Of a DNA stretch of 64,000 bases, positions 25,891 through 40,000 are shown one piece after another. Position 1 is the stretch's first letter, and every line of letters starts with the position of its first letter. Where the stretch lies: positions 62,001-126,000 of the forward strand of contig NOWV01000126.1 of NCBI GenBank assembly GCA_003344405.1, read 5' to 3'. The stretch is from Trichoplax sp. H2. Lineage: Eukaryota. Below the pieces are notes generated by a model. It did not search any database, was not told the origin of the DNA, and saw nothing but the letters and a program-made list of their open reading frames with translations. The translations under genes were made by a program, and so were the position numbers.

Positions 25891-28800
25891 ATGACTAAAA
25901 GAAATGCCGATATTAATGGTATCACCTTCATTGCTGGTTGGATACCTATAAATATGTCATTCTGCTCTCAGATACGTCTAAAGATTGGGTTGCGAGTTAG
26001 ATTTATAATGCAAACTAGTTCCATATTAGTTGATATCCGCAGTGGATTAATTATCTGATTCATAAACTCAATTTTATATTTACGGTGGGCTATTGACCAG
26101 ATAGAACCTTTAAGGAAATTCATCAGCCGAAATTGTCAGCTAAGGTAGTAGAACTCACAATGGAAGCAATGACTATAAGAAATTAGCTGAGTCAAAAAAA
26201 CGTATATACTCGTAAAAGTCTTTTCATCGGGAGACATCGATCAAAGTACGCCCTAAAAATTTTCGATATATTGTCATAACCCCATCATTTCATTACTACT
26301 GATCGCTAAGATGAAGAATTGAATGGCTGTGTCCAATCCAATTATTGATCATCAAATAATCCTTTGCCAAAGAAATCGCTGAGGACTCGATAAACATTGA
26401 GCACAGCCTAGTTGAGAGACATTTGGTGCGATTTGTTGACCTGAAATCAAGCATGTACATGCATAAAGTATCTCGATAGAAATGATTGCTAGTTCTTATT
26501 AGATGAAATAAAATTTGTAATCAATCTAAAATGAACTATGCGGATTCTATCTTTTTCTAATTAGAGATAATTCGAAGTTATTATTATAGAGTTGTATGCG
26601 TTACTCAATTATAGCGTTATAATCTTCACAATATAACTCCATACAGATTGTGAATAAAATAAAATCTGTAAAACATTTCGTGTTTTCAATAAAAATACTC
26701 AAAGATACTGTAGATTGCATCAATATAGAAGATGATGTGATATTTGCTAGTTTTACACAACTACTGGACTGATGATAATAATCTCAAAATTAAAAAGTAG
26801 ATGGTGGCTAGATATTAAATTTCCATATGATCGCCTTCGTAATCTTCAGTGTGTTAATATATTTTATTCCATGATTCAAGCTGTTGAAAATTAAGCTCAT
26901 CATGGTACTTTAACCTAATAAAATAATAAAGGAGAATATAAGAGAGTGTTTGAAAACAATTTTAGGCTGAAACGATGTTAACTGATATATTAATTCATAC
27001 GGATCCAGCCTGATCTGAAACACGAGGTCATCAATTTTCTATAGTCAATTGATGTACAATATATGAATTTACTAAAATGGCTTGTCTGAATACTTATCAT
27101 CACAATATTTATTTAACTAAAATAAATAATTACCGTTCCATATTGATCTAGCAAGAGAGTATACGAACAGCAGGCATACTTTATTCCAACTGTGTAGATA
27201 AATTACTCTGTAATGTAATAGATCAATATCGAGCAACGTATATATTTACTTAAGACAATTAAATAAACTGCGATGTTTATAATTATTTTTTAGACTTCCT
27301 TTCCCTGGTTGATGAGCAAGTTAGGGCAAGAACTAAATTTTTGGAAATTATTAAAGACTTAAATATGATCAGACTGGATAAATACTATTTAACAAAACTG
27401 GAATAAGTTTATCGAAGGGTCAGAGATCAATATGATTGGATACCGTTTCAACCCATAGGTTGTTGACTGCCTGCCGCCGGAGAGTTATATTATATTATAA
27501 TAGCACAGATACAACTCTGCCTTCTGATATTTAGTCATCAAACTACAGTAATTTATTTTGATCTAGTAAATTTGTTCGTTGTAAATTTACTTCTGTACTG
27601 TTTCAAGAGGATTCTAAAATTGATAAAGGTTGGAGGGTAATTTAAGGTGAATTCGATATCGTCAATCATAGTCATACATTCGAACATGATTTAACGGCGG
27701 ATGACAGCGCTATAAGTATAGAGCGGCAAATTAAAGTGTATTATAGTAGTTATCTTGAATTTCTTCTCTAGGATATTGCATAACATTTTAGGATTGCATT
27801 ATAGCATAAGGTCTTCTATTGTCACTTATTGACGTATTATAATGCAATTGAAAGCTATTTTAACGATAATGCCATAATTTTAAGACCGATAGTACAGAAT
27901 AAGGTGGATATTTTACTTCTTTAGTAACACTATCAAATCCACTGGTAACATCTACCGAAGGATGATTACAATAATAAATTTTAATTTCTGAAATTAAAAC
28001 TTATAAATGGCTTCCAATACTATTGATGACCTTAAAAAGGTGCTCTACGTTACTTTAGAGTAATTAAGATAATTTAAATTTTTATTGTATATCAATATTA
28101 TTTCGCAATATGCGCATCTCTGTCTAGGTGACCTTTTGTGATCACAATAGTGTAAAAGGCATTTTGAAACAAGAATGCAAATAATTAATGCAAGATCAAT
28201 TTCTATCTTCCCGATTGTGTTTGTACTCTTCCAGTACGTATCGAGTGGCTACTTAGAGCTAATAGTATAGCACGCTCGTTTAATTAATTAAGTTAGTAGA
28301 TTTTCTAAACGCACAACTATAAATTTATTTCTTCAGTACTTTCAAAGAAAACTGTGTGTACTTAACTTTTGGGCTTTTGCGAAGTATTTATAAAACTGTA
28401 TCACTATAATTTAATCAATAAATTCAATAGCGATTTGATTGATTGACTGAAATGATAGACAATCTGCTATTTCTGGCTATTTAAGATAACCGGTAGGTAA
28501 GAAAGGCTGTTGTTTAATACCGCCACTTGGAGCACCACAACATTTCACAAATTATTTGCATATCTACTTGCTTAGAAACCACCTAAATTGGCATCTATGT
28601 GAAAGATTTATTAACTATGGTTAATATATAGGACCGCATATAATGCTAGAAGTAATTAATTTAGATAAAAATGTTGTTTTACTTGATTGATCTTGATTTA
28701 ATTCGTGCGATGGTACTTACTATAAGGTACAGTTACAATAGCATTTTTGCCTTGGAATCAATTCCTAGCAGACTAAACCAGCTATGGAACTATTACAACG

Positions 28801-30271
28801 ATAATTATTGTGACAAACATATTTAAGACTATTTTCATACCAGTTAAGATTTTGTGTTAAATCGTTAGCAGGTCCATGGACTGCTAGAAAAAGATCATGG
28901 TAGGTCTTATTCATACTTAAGATCTCGTTAATTATAACCTGTCAAGCGATAGTACTGTACTGTAGTTTGATCCACAAACAACTCCTAATCTATACGAGTA
29001 TACATGAAGTAGAACCAATTTTTTTGTAATAGCATCACGGACAAACGGAGAGTGGGAGAGGAAAATTATGCATACCTTCTGCAAATGATTCTTCTAAGTG
29101 AAGTGCCTTAAAAGCAAGGCTAAAATTTATAACAAGTTTTCAAGCAATAGCAATTAGGCATTGAAGATTAGTAGCATTCAGAATTTATTACTTTTTGTAG
29201 CACAAATTATCAGCAATTTACAATACAGGGATAACAGATATGCTGGTCGACAGCAAATAAATACGCAACTTAGTACATTTTCGAGTTATTTTATATAAAT
29301 TTGTTAAGAATTGTATAATTATTACACACAGTTATTAGTTTTAGTATTTGTTAGCCTTTTTTGGAGCTTAATGATAAGATAAATAATTAAGCTTTCTTAT
29401 CACTTCGATGTTCATAAAGACTACTTTCGACTTTATTCTTTCTAAATTTGTGCTTTGCAATTTCATTTACATAAAATTCAATTGAAGTTTAATATTTCGA
29501 TTGCTTTATGGCATGGTTTAGAATAGGCAAAAATTTTTATGTCAATAAAATTTTTCAATATCAATATATTCTGCAAGAGCGCGAATTTTACTTCTTATTT
29601 AAGTATTCTTGCAAATTGTACTTAATGAACAATTATAGCTGATATGCCCTTTAACAGAAGAAATGCTTTTCATATATTTATAATTTCGATTACAATAAAT
29701 TTACTAATTGCCAATACGTAGCGTGTCTAATCGTCTTTTATGTTAACCATTGAATTAATTATTAAAAATTCTCTATCAGATATATTGTGGAAAATTGGTA
29801 ACCAACTATTAATAAGTGTCAAAAGTAACACAAAGATACAAGAGTCGTATTTTAAATTAGATTCTACTCTACTTATTCCTACGTTTGACTACTGCACCAT
29901 ATCATTTAATTAAATAATATCTTTTTTCTTGGATTGCGTTTAAAAATTATTTGATTCTAATGTCACAGAGACGAATTAAATATTTTGATGTAAGAAGAAA
30001 TTTATCTAGTAATTACGTGGCGAAATAGTGATAAATTCAAGAATCAAATTTAATGGATAATTATCTAATAGCCAATAAAATTCTTTTCTGTACGCGTATC
30101 GCAAACATTGCGAAAAATTTACTATTAAATAAGAAATAAGTGCATTTGGAGCCTGTAGGCCACGACTTCCATAAAATTATCGGGGTGTTTACATGTGTTA
30201 TGAATGAGGTCATGAACTTAATTTTTTATAGCTTGAAGTAAAATTCGGCCTGCTTATGAGATTATCAGGAT

Positions 30272-33200
30272 CTAATTAACGGTTGTACTGCGTGTAGCTT
30301 GCAGTATTTGAATGAATTCATCAAAGCTTATCAGGCCATCTCCATTTTCATCCGCAGCCTGAATGACTTTAGTGGCTTCTTCGCGAGTTATGGTGCTATT
30401 CATTTGACCCATGACAGAAACAAAGTCATCTACACAAATGTATCCATCGCCGTCTTTATCGAAGGTGGTAAAAGTTTCCTTTATAGCATCTTCGGAATCG
30501 ATATCATAATCTAATAAAATAGAAAGCACGCATTAATTTTTAGAAAGATTAACAATGTGATTCTATATCTACGAAGTGAACGTACATTTAATTTTAATTA
30601 TTAACATTGATAATCATCATTTGTCCTATTTGTTTAGTGCGATCCTGTACATATTAAAACTGTGTAATTGTAATGCAATCATACTGTAGAAATGACTTTT
30701 AGTTTTCTTATAGCACTTTGATTCAGACCGAGGTAGGATTTTTAGTAGTGTCATGTAATCAATGTACAAAAACGTTTTATTGCAGTTTAATAGGTACTTA
30801 TTACTTATAAAACCCTCTCTTAAAAATGCTTCAATGTTAGACGAATTTATTCTTGATGAATTAAGCTTAGAACATTGCTCTTTTAAATGAATTGCAATAG
30901 CTTTTAAATACTTTGTCTCTTAAAGTACTGTTCGTCAGTTTAAAGATAATTCAATACTATCACTAGTCATTTTTAATTCATACTTAAATGATTTCCTCTA
31001 GTTATAGTCATTTAAAGCGATTGTAATCGCTTCTGGGAACCTTCTAGACGATAGAATTGACACTGCTCTACGTTATACTTTATAATTGGAACAAGAAAAC
31101 AATTGATAGCGATAGTTGATGATATTTTAACCATATTAGCTAGGATTCAGGTATAACAATATTATATTTAAACAACTGAAGTCTATTTTATTTAATTACT
31201 TACTGATTTATTACGTTGAATCATAGCAATAAACTATGCTATATACTGGGCAATAGACAACTTAGCCATGGTTGTTAGTATACATATAAATAGTGCTTCA
31301 GAGTAGTCTAAAGTTGATTAAACCCAATATTATCCAAAAATTAAGTGCATTTTACATCTAGCTGTCCAATTTTTAACATACAGTTAGGGATTCTAATTTT
31401 AACTATATTGTATTCTAAATAAGTCACGTTAGGTACAGTATTCACGTTTTGAAATATAATATTACTAAAAGTTGATTTGACTGTTATCATCCAAATACAA
31501 AATTATTTTACTGACTACCGATACCTTAAAGTTGAAACTGAATGCATCGAAATTAATCGCATCTAAAATTTAGGATATGGTGTATAGCTATTAATAACAT
31601 ACTTTTCTTGGTATAACGCTATAAGAGACTACAAAGAAAAGAGAGTGATGATGAGATTATTATACTAGATTTCGCATAACAGTACGATAATTGTGATGTA
31701 CTGTAGCATAAAGGATATTGCCCCATATTACAGGTAAACTATTTACGTTGTTTTTCTCTACAAAAATTTCATTTTTTCGTTGTGTCTTTAGTCCTTTGTT
31801 GTGTTATACTGTGGTAAAGTACACTGCTTAATTTTTTTCACTAAGCTATTCCACTCTTTCGAGTACATAACATCTAGAAATCGACTTCCTATTATGGTAT
31901 TTCAATATGCTTTTAACTTTGATCTCCATAGTAATTCCACTTGAATTGTGATATATTCATAGATATAGGATAATGATGAGCGACAATACAAGCAAAGATA
32001 TAGCGCATTTTACAATGGCTGCATTGTAAAATCTTACTAATATTCAATTCAGAAAAGGATCAAGAAGTTTAAGAAAAGAGATTTAATCAAAGCATCACGC
32101 AACTGTTAAAATAGATAATTCCATAAATTCGATCATTATTTAGTTGTTATAGGATAATGGACTACTTCAGTCGTATTTAATTTTTTCCATGATTTACCAT
32201 AACCTATTTGTTGTTACAATTAACTTCGTTAGATTTCAATGTAGTAACAATGAGCATAAAGTAGATCAACAACAACCATTGACTATACTTTCCGCCTGCT
32301 AGATCTAGGATTATCTATATTATAGCATTGATGAAAAAATTGTTTCCTTGCATACGTAAACACTTTTCGGAATCATAAATTGTAAAAGTGAATGATCATA
32401 AAATCATTACTTGGCAAAGAATAGTTATAATTTATAAGAAACTTAGGACTATTCGTTTATGTTTTTCATCAATAATTGAACTTAAACCTGACTCTCAAAT
32501 GTATACTTTTATTTGATGTGGAAGTTTATAACTCTTAAAAGCATGTATTCAAATAATTGTAATAGTATATAATAAAGGGGTTATGACAACAAAATAATCG
32601 ATATATCTTGAATAGAATGTTTTTAATTCTGTAATCTAGTTTGTTAATAAGGAAGAAAATTGCTCCCTTTCAAAATAAATTTTGCAATCCGTGATATCGA
32701 GACGATATTTCGAGACAGCTAGTTCTATTTTGAAAATTATTTGACTTAGAAAAGATTTTAATTTTAGAAAAAAAGTTATAGCCTTAACAGAAGCTGTTTT
32801 GGAACTTGTTCTATAGTCAATAAATTAAATCCAATCATCCATTTCAGTAGAAAATTACCGAATTTATATCCGGAAATGATACTATTTTGAAATGATAATA
32901 AACTGGTAAGTCATAGGATTATAATTACAGTTATAAGAGAGGTAACATCAAATTTTAAATTTAAGTAGAGCAGTAAATGATAGATTTAGATTACTTTCAT
33001 GCTTCACTAAGAACTGGCACAGCTGATTTAGAACCGAAAATCTAAGAAAAGAAAACTTGACTTCTTGTAAGGGAAAATCTAGCAAGGAAGTAAATAGCTG
33101 AGTCATGCGGAAAATTTATTGAACATAGTTACAAATCCAGCTTTAGTCTACAAAAAGTATCTTTTTTACTCGCGATAGAAGTGAGATAAAGCTCATCCTA

Positions 33201-33857
33201 CAGAGTAAATAAAATTAGAATATAAAAGCCATACTAGCATGAAATGTATTTAAAATCAGTAAACATCAATTTAAATAATATTAAGTGTTCAGAATAAGAT
33301 ATTGTCGTGATAGTAAAATTATCTCTGAATAATAAATGACCTGAATGTATGTGTATAATTTATTAGGATATTCTAATTTGGCCATGTCGTGTAACTGCAA
33401 TAATCTAATAGAAAGTAAAGTTCATCATGCTATAAAGTAAATCAAATTCAGTTCTTATATCAGAGGATGGAGATATAAAAATTGTAAACCGTCTTGTATC
33501 TTAACGACTTAACGTACTCAGTAATGAATCCATAAATTTTGCCTATGGGCATACCAGGCTAGCTATTATACAGTAAACTTAAGTAAAAGATCCTTACTAG
33601 CTAAAAAAAACGGAAAACTAACCTGAATCAACGTTAATCAGCCAGTTCAAGAGTTCATCTTGACTAATTAAACCATCACCATTTTTATCAATGTCCAAAA
33701 TGACATCATTCAGTTTTTTATCAGCCCAGTTTTGATTTAAGTTTTGTAACACAGTTTTTAGTTCCGAATGGGATAGCATTCCATCTCCATCAGAATCTAA
33801 TACCTGGAAAGCTTCTTTAACACGTTTAACTTGATCAGTTTCAAATTTGTCCATCAT
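30272..33857 (-). CDS. Calmodulin-like four-EF-hand Ca2+-binding protein, 2 coding exons, ~157 aa
   Basis: Exon 33857-33623 (EF loops DSDGDGMLSHSE and DKNGDGLISQDE) joins through a phase-1 GT-AG intron (33622-30511) to exon 30510-30272 (DKDGDGYICVDD and DENGDGLISFDE). Linker D-YDIDSEDAIKETF resembles CaM DTDSEEEIREAF; total 474 nt in frame. Too divergent to be calmodulin itself. Confidence 0.9.
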
Positions 33858-34268
33858 TGCCTTGCTTTGAATTTGTTATTTTGGAAAATTTTTGCTAACT
33901 GTAAGAATCATACAATCAAAAAAATAATCCTTACATTTTATCTAAGTAATGGTTACGGTATCAGTTTAATCATGTGAAACAGTTTAATTTAAGTGAATCA
34001 ATCAGTAAATGAATATAGATTCCGTAGAATAAGTATACTAATTGAGATATGAAAACAAAAAGTGAAAAACTGAATTCTAATCTTAAAATCAATCGACTAT
34101 CATTTAATTTCGAATTTCGTATCATAGCTAAACAAAAATGGATCCATTTTCTCAATAATGGAAAAAGGGTTTGCTCTATCGTTGTCGATGGATGGAGACT
34201 AAATAAAATGTAGACAATCTACGATGTCGCAGACAGTTATAAGCTAAACAATAGATTTCCTCCCTTTT

Positions 34269-34275
34269 ATTTATA
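34269..34275 (-). promoter_or_regulatory. Candidate TATA box of the calmodulin-like gene
   Basis: Minus strand reads GGCCTATAAATAAAAGGG about 420 bp upstream of the ATG. A CTTACAG acceptor at ~33899 suggests a 5' UTR intron. Confidence 0.4.
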
Positions 34276-35199
34276 GGCCTTCAGAATAGACTAATAAGTT
34301 AGTTGATAATCATTCAGCTAAGTCATCATCATCTCTATTTTTAGATATTATACAATTAGTCGTTATAAATGCCTTCAATAATGACTGAAGGTAATTAGGA
34401 TGATAGATCCCAAAAATAAATAGTGTAAAGGTTTAGTAATTATTATCATAGAACTTGATCATCTACTTACGGGTATTACTGATTAAATGATTACTTTGAT
34501 GATCGCTCTCTAATGATAATTGTATTGAACTATAGTAGATGTTTCTATAAATGATTTGAGTGCTTTAATGCCTATATTATGTTAATTATGTCAAGAAACA
34601 AAAAGAATTTAACATAAGGATGCCATTAATTATCTAATGGGATCGACCGAACTATTTTCGTTTGCTAATGGCTACCCTTGCGGTTATGTAAATTAATGTC
34701 TATAATAGTAGCTATAGATTAAAGCACTAGCCATGATAAAAGTAATATTGAACTTAGCTGTTGGCTATGGAGCTTATTGTGTTAACTAATATGATTTTCT
34801 ATCAATCATCCTATTGAATTTAAATTTCCAAGACTATCTATTTGTATTATTTAGAGCACAATACAATAAGTGCAAGCAATACATAAAAAATAAAAATAAA
34901 GAATAGCCAATAGGTTGATGAGAATTTGATTTTATTGCTATCAGTTCTATTTGCTACGATTGCCTTCAAAAGCAAATTTATAAAGCATAATGATTAACTA
35001 AAGAGAAGAAAGTTTCTTCCTGTAGACATAAACAGTCATATTAAGCTTAATTTTTATTCTTTTGACAAATTTTAGCGTTTATCAAGACCTTTATTTTCTT
35101 CCAGTAATTACGATAGGTATTTTAACGCTGCTGGAAATGAAAAGGTTTCAAGTTGATAAAAGATCTCTAGAAATACGCTATTAGTCGTTTGTAAACTAT

Positions 35200-35747
35200 T
35201 GTTACGGTGTTGCCTTGTCATCAGGATAGTTTTATAAGTACAGTAGTAGCTATTATGGAGAATATCCATATTTGTAGTGCTAGGTAAGATAAGTAATGCC
35301 TTAATGTGGATGTTGTTTGTAATAGTTCATTAGATATTTAATATTGATTGTTATTGTGTGACAGATAGCAGTAAGATGATTCAAGTTCTAGTTGATGATA
35401 GTTGAATTAGACAACCTACGAGCTTAGATTAAGATTAAGTATGAGTAAGAGATTTAAAATATTTACTGATAGAAAAGCTATGTAAGGAACATCGCAGTTC
35501 GAGATGTTTCTCCTAGTAAGGTATAATAATAATTCTGTTGTTTACAAATTAGACGGTTCCTATATAAACGGGAACATTTGAGTTGAGAGTGCTGGTAAAA
35601 AGTTGTAGATGTATCTTTGCTAAAAAAAGTTTATCTTTACAGTCTTTTGCTATGTGTGTTTAACGTTAAGTAAAAGGGCGTTTAAGTCAGTAGCTACTTA
35701 TAGACTTTTACTGTACGTTACCTTGTCGCAGAAGTGAAATTGTGACA
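35200..35747 (+). mobile_element. Solo LTR (548 bp)
   Basis: TGTTAC...GTGACA termini, exact 5-bp TSD ACTAT (35195-35199 and 35748-35752), internal CCTATATAAA at ~35560. Confidence 0.8.
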
Positions 35748-36539
35748 ACTATACATTTTATCGTCTGACATATTATCAAAAATGAAATTTTAGAATCAAA
35801 AAACTGTATACGCTTATGTTTAAATCTAGATTTCGAACGAGCTATTGCAATTTAATATCTATATTAATGTAATTGAAAGTGGTAAGTAAAGATAGGAATA
35901 CCGCCGATTAATATTCAACACGCAATCATTTTGATAGATTAATCGATCTATCATATACGACAAATAGAAAAATGACGGCCGATAATACAGTGGCTGTTGA
36001 CCATCTAAAATGCTCAAATAGCTTTTATACTAGTCAGAAACAAAGTGCAATTAAAATTGTAGATATTAAATTAATCCAGCTAGAGAACTATCAATAGTTT
36101 AAGAAGATATTTAATAAATCTCTAAATTTTTGACTTCTATCTAGCCTGAATACTATGCTAGGTACAGCAGGAAATATATCTGTCGGCGTCGATAGTTTTT
36201 CTGAATAAATCCACTTACTTGACTAATTATAGCTTACTGATATACTATTCCACGCAAGTAAAATTGTAAGGAAAGATATGTAATTATTGTAAAACTTAAA
36301 CTGAATCCGATAATATCTCATGTGTGTATCATTATCCTATAATAATAATTATAATAATTAATCATGATTTTAGGTACTTTGCAACTAGGCTGTTAGTGGA
36401 CCTGAGTCCAGCGTTTAGAACATCTAGATCGCCGCCAAATACCATTTGGTATTCCAACTTAATATTTTGAGATTCTTAAAGCTAAGGATCTTACATCCTT
36501 TTCTATTTGTATCTTACACTATATAATACTGCCATAAGA

Positions 36540-37060
36540 ATAATCAAAATCGGCGAACATCGAAAGTAATTATTGATCAGACTACTACAGCAGAAGTTAT
36601 TGTCATATGGATAACATTGCTGAAACGGCTGTTTACCTGTATAGCTTGTACTATTTGAAAACTTAATCTATTCTCGTAAGAAATCACAATAGAAGGGATG
36701 GCATACCGGTGTATTATGCTTTAGTATATATCTTAGTTGAATTGATTGGCAATTAAGGTTATCCTTAATAATAATCTTTAGTAAAAGACGATAACGCTGG
36801 TGTTGATAAACATTATCATTTATTCTTATTACGACAGTTTTCCCATCCTCTCGAGTATGAGCTTTAGCTGCCGCTGATATTACAGTATTCATCGAAAATG
36901 TACCGCTGTATGAATGCATGCATATATTTTTGCTATAGGAAAACATTGACGGTGATTTTTTTCATCAGATCTACGTTTCTCATCATCTCGTCGTACATTT
37001 CCTATCACTATCACTGTTATGTATTTGCGTTCCATCATTTTGAATGCACAAACTAAATTA
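36540..37060 (+). pseudogene. Possible heavily decayed class A GPCR pseudogene
   Basis: One frame with several stops reads NRRTSKVIIDQ..AEVIVIWITLL (TM2-like), YIS*LN*LAI (TM3-like), KTITLVLINIIIYSY..FPIL (TM4-like) and CR..CTAV* (ECL2-like). After shifts it reads FLIISSYI-PITITVMYLRSI (TM5-like). Confidence 0.3.
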
Positions 37061-40000
37061 TCTGTGACGTTACTTTATCAAAATAGTAATATGAGAACAA
37101 TTATAGGATACAATTTTCTGAGTTACCACGCTTTAAGTCAAATTTCTTGCTCAAGTTCTGATTTTCAAATCGGCAAGTCTGAAATTTGCCTTATTATGAC
37201 ACTTAAAGGTATTATTTTTAAATTGCATTAAAATGCGTCCACTAAAAGGTACCGGGGTAACAATCCACATTATACCCCGTCCATAGTATGTCTGATATAA
37301 TAAAATCTAGTAAACTGTTGTTGTAAAATCATAATAACCAATAATCTGCGGATGTACTTTACTTTTTCTCTCATGAGGGAATTTTAACGTATTTGATTAT
37401 CTAGATGCCAAGGCACAATTCTAATGAATCTGTAATATCTAGAAATGCAACTTTTTTCTAATTTATTCACTTATATATCAATTAAAATAAATTTCCAATT
37501 GATAGCATCGATAGTCGACAATTTTAACGTTGTTCTTTTGTCTTACTGAGAAATTTACTCGTTAACTATGTAGTTTGGTGAAGGTAACATTTAAACTAGT
37601 GATTACTTTTATTATTAATTTGAACTAAAGTGCTACATCTTGGTTTCATTCTCCCTAAATGATTTATTTAAATATTGCGGCAAAGAAGGTACCTTCTGAA
37701 CTTGTCAAAGCGATTAAGTAAACTTTAACATCGGATTAGTTTGATAAAATAAAAGATAGGCTAGACAACATATCGTATGAATTTCACTCTAAAATTCAAA
37801 ATATAGCTAGCATACATTAGGTAGCTTTAACTAGAACAGGAATTGATACAATAGCAGTTTAATTATCATCATATGTTACAGTGTTGTAGTCATAATGATC
37901 CACCTGCGAAGCACAGGGTATTTTTTAACTTAATAAAACTCGTAATTTCTGAACTATCTCAACTTTCAGTTAAAATGACAAAACGACGGAATCATTGAAA
38001 CGAAACATGAAGTAGGTATATCGAATGATGCTTCTAAATAAAATGACACTTAATTCGAATTAAGAAGTTCCTAACAGTAAATAAAAGAAGGATGTACGTG
38101 AAACCAAAAACTAAGACTTTAAGCTAAATATTGTAATATAGATAGCAATTTCACGATAAATTCCAAATTGGCATTTAATTTAGAGTTTGATGGAATAGTT
38201 ACTAAAACGTTTGGAAGTCATCTAGATCGATTTAAAATGTGATGTGCTATCATTTTATGACAACATAAAGTTCTATACCAACATTTTATATTAAAGCAAG
38301 ATTAACTGTGCTATTGGACAGAAGTAACGATGCAGACTAGAGAAGCATCTTTCTTTCAGTAATTGACAAGGACATAATATTCTAAATACCAATAAGCTCT
38401 AGTGTAAGAAATAAATATTACTATAGCCGTCATATTCAGTGCGAAGATTACGTCAATTCAGATACAAATTAAAGCGATACCCAAAAGAAATTAGATATCA
38501 AATTGGTTAAAAATTTGAATTGCATTAAATCGAGACCCAAGTAATGTTGTATATCCAACTCATGCTTTTGCTTACCCAATAATTCACGTCAGTAAGGTAA
38601 ATTTTTTAATACAAAGTAAATCCCATATTTAATCCATGCTATTTACAACAAATAATCACAACATCACACGTCAGTATATCATATAACATGAATGATGGTG
38701 ATTTCTTATGGTCCTTTCTAAAGTACTCGTAACCTGATTGCCTTCATACTGTCATTAAGAATGCCGTAACAGTATTAATTAGAGTGGAGATATAGCGGAG
38801 ATAAATGGTTCATGATCTTTTTAATCTCCGTTAATTAATAAATACTAGCATTGGTTGATGCAGACACTTTTTAAGTTTTCAACCGCCGCGGCAAATTGTT
38901 TCCTTTAGGAAAAGGAAAGAAGCTAATAATTAATATTCTAAGGAAGCCTTGCTTTAACTATCGTAGTTTATAAGTTTATTAGTCGAATAGGGTATAATCG
39001 ATAGTAAGGTATTGTATTAGACCAGTTCCAAGAGGTAAATTAATACACGGTCGGGGTTGATTTAATAGATTCATTTTCAGTTACAATTATTTACTGTACT
39101 TTGTATCATGATATACTTATATTGATATTGAGATGTTTAGAAATAAAAAACATATGATCATTTAAATATAATTTGCCGTTAATATTAAATATAGTTCTGA
39201 CCTTGTCTTCAAAGGGATGATCTGTGAGCCGCTTTCATTCAATTAACATTAAGTTTGCATCTTCAACTAAATATATACCACAACTATTGATTCAGATTAC
39301 TTAAGTTTATTAAACCTATAGGCATAACTGTCCTTCCCTTTAAAAATAGAGTTGATTCTTTCCCTATTTAAACTTTATCTTCTTTAAAATGAGTCTCCCA
39401 CCTCCTCATTAAGATATACGTTCAATATTGATTAGACAATTAGAAGATGTGAATGCATTTGAAATAAAAAAATTTATTAATGAATAATTTAATAAATTTG
39501 CTGATAGCCTCAAAGATTAACTCACCCAGATATGATGAATATACACTTAAACTAATATGAATAATTTATTATATTTTTTTGATTGCATATCTTAAATTTC
39601 CATCTGTTCTACAGTTGATTATATTCTATAACAATAATTAATATTGTTTTGATCTAATACTATAAAGTTCATCACCTTCAATTAGATATTTATATTACAC
39701 GTGCTTTTCACCGGAAAGGATGTACTTTATTTTTTATCTTTTAAGATCTCTTTGTGACTTCCTATTTAATAGATTTGTTTCTATCACGTTTTTATCCGAC
39801 TAGCTCATAAAGCCGTAATAGTTAAGGCACTCTCATCATTTTATTGATATTCTTGTTTAATTCAGCATAGTAACAACAGCAACGGCATAGACCGGTGTTA
39901 TTGACAACAGTAAATACTTTTTCATCCTGACAATTACTACTATAGAAGCACAATTACAATAATATCATTATCAAAAAGCCCTTAGGTGAATATACCGGCA

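Noticed and set aside
27380-27780. Stop-riddled minus-strand coding-like stretch (similar ones near 52400-52650 and 59450-59900)
   Set aside because: No identifiable motif; it cannot be distinguished from chance without a search.
30299-30514. Plus-strand ORF over the EF-hand exon (also 4456-4674, 50526-50741 and 57676-57975)
   Set aside because: These are antisense shadows of real coding sequence.
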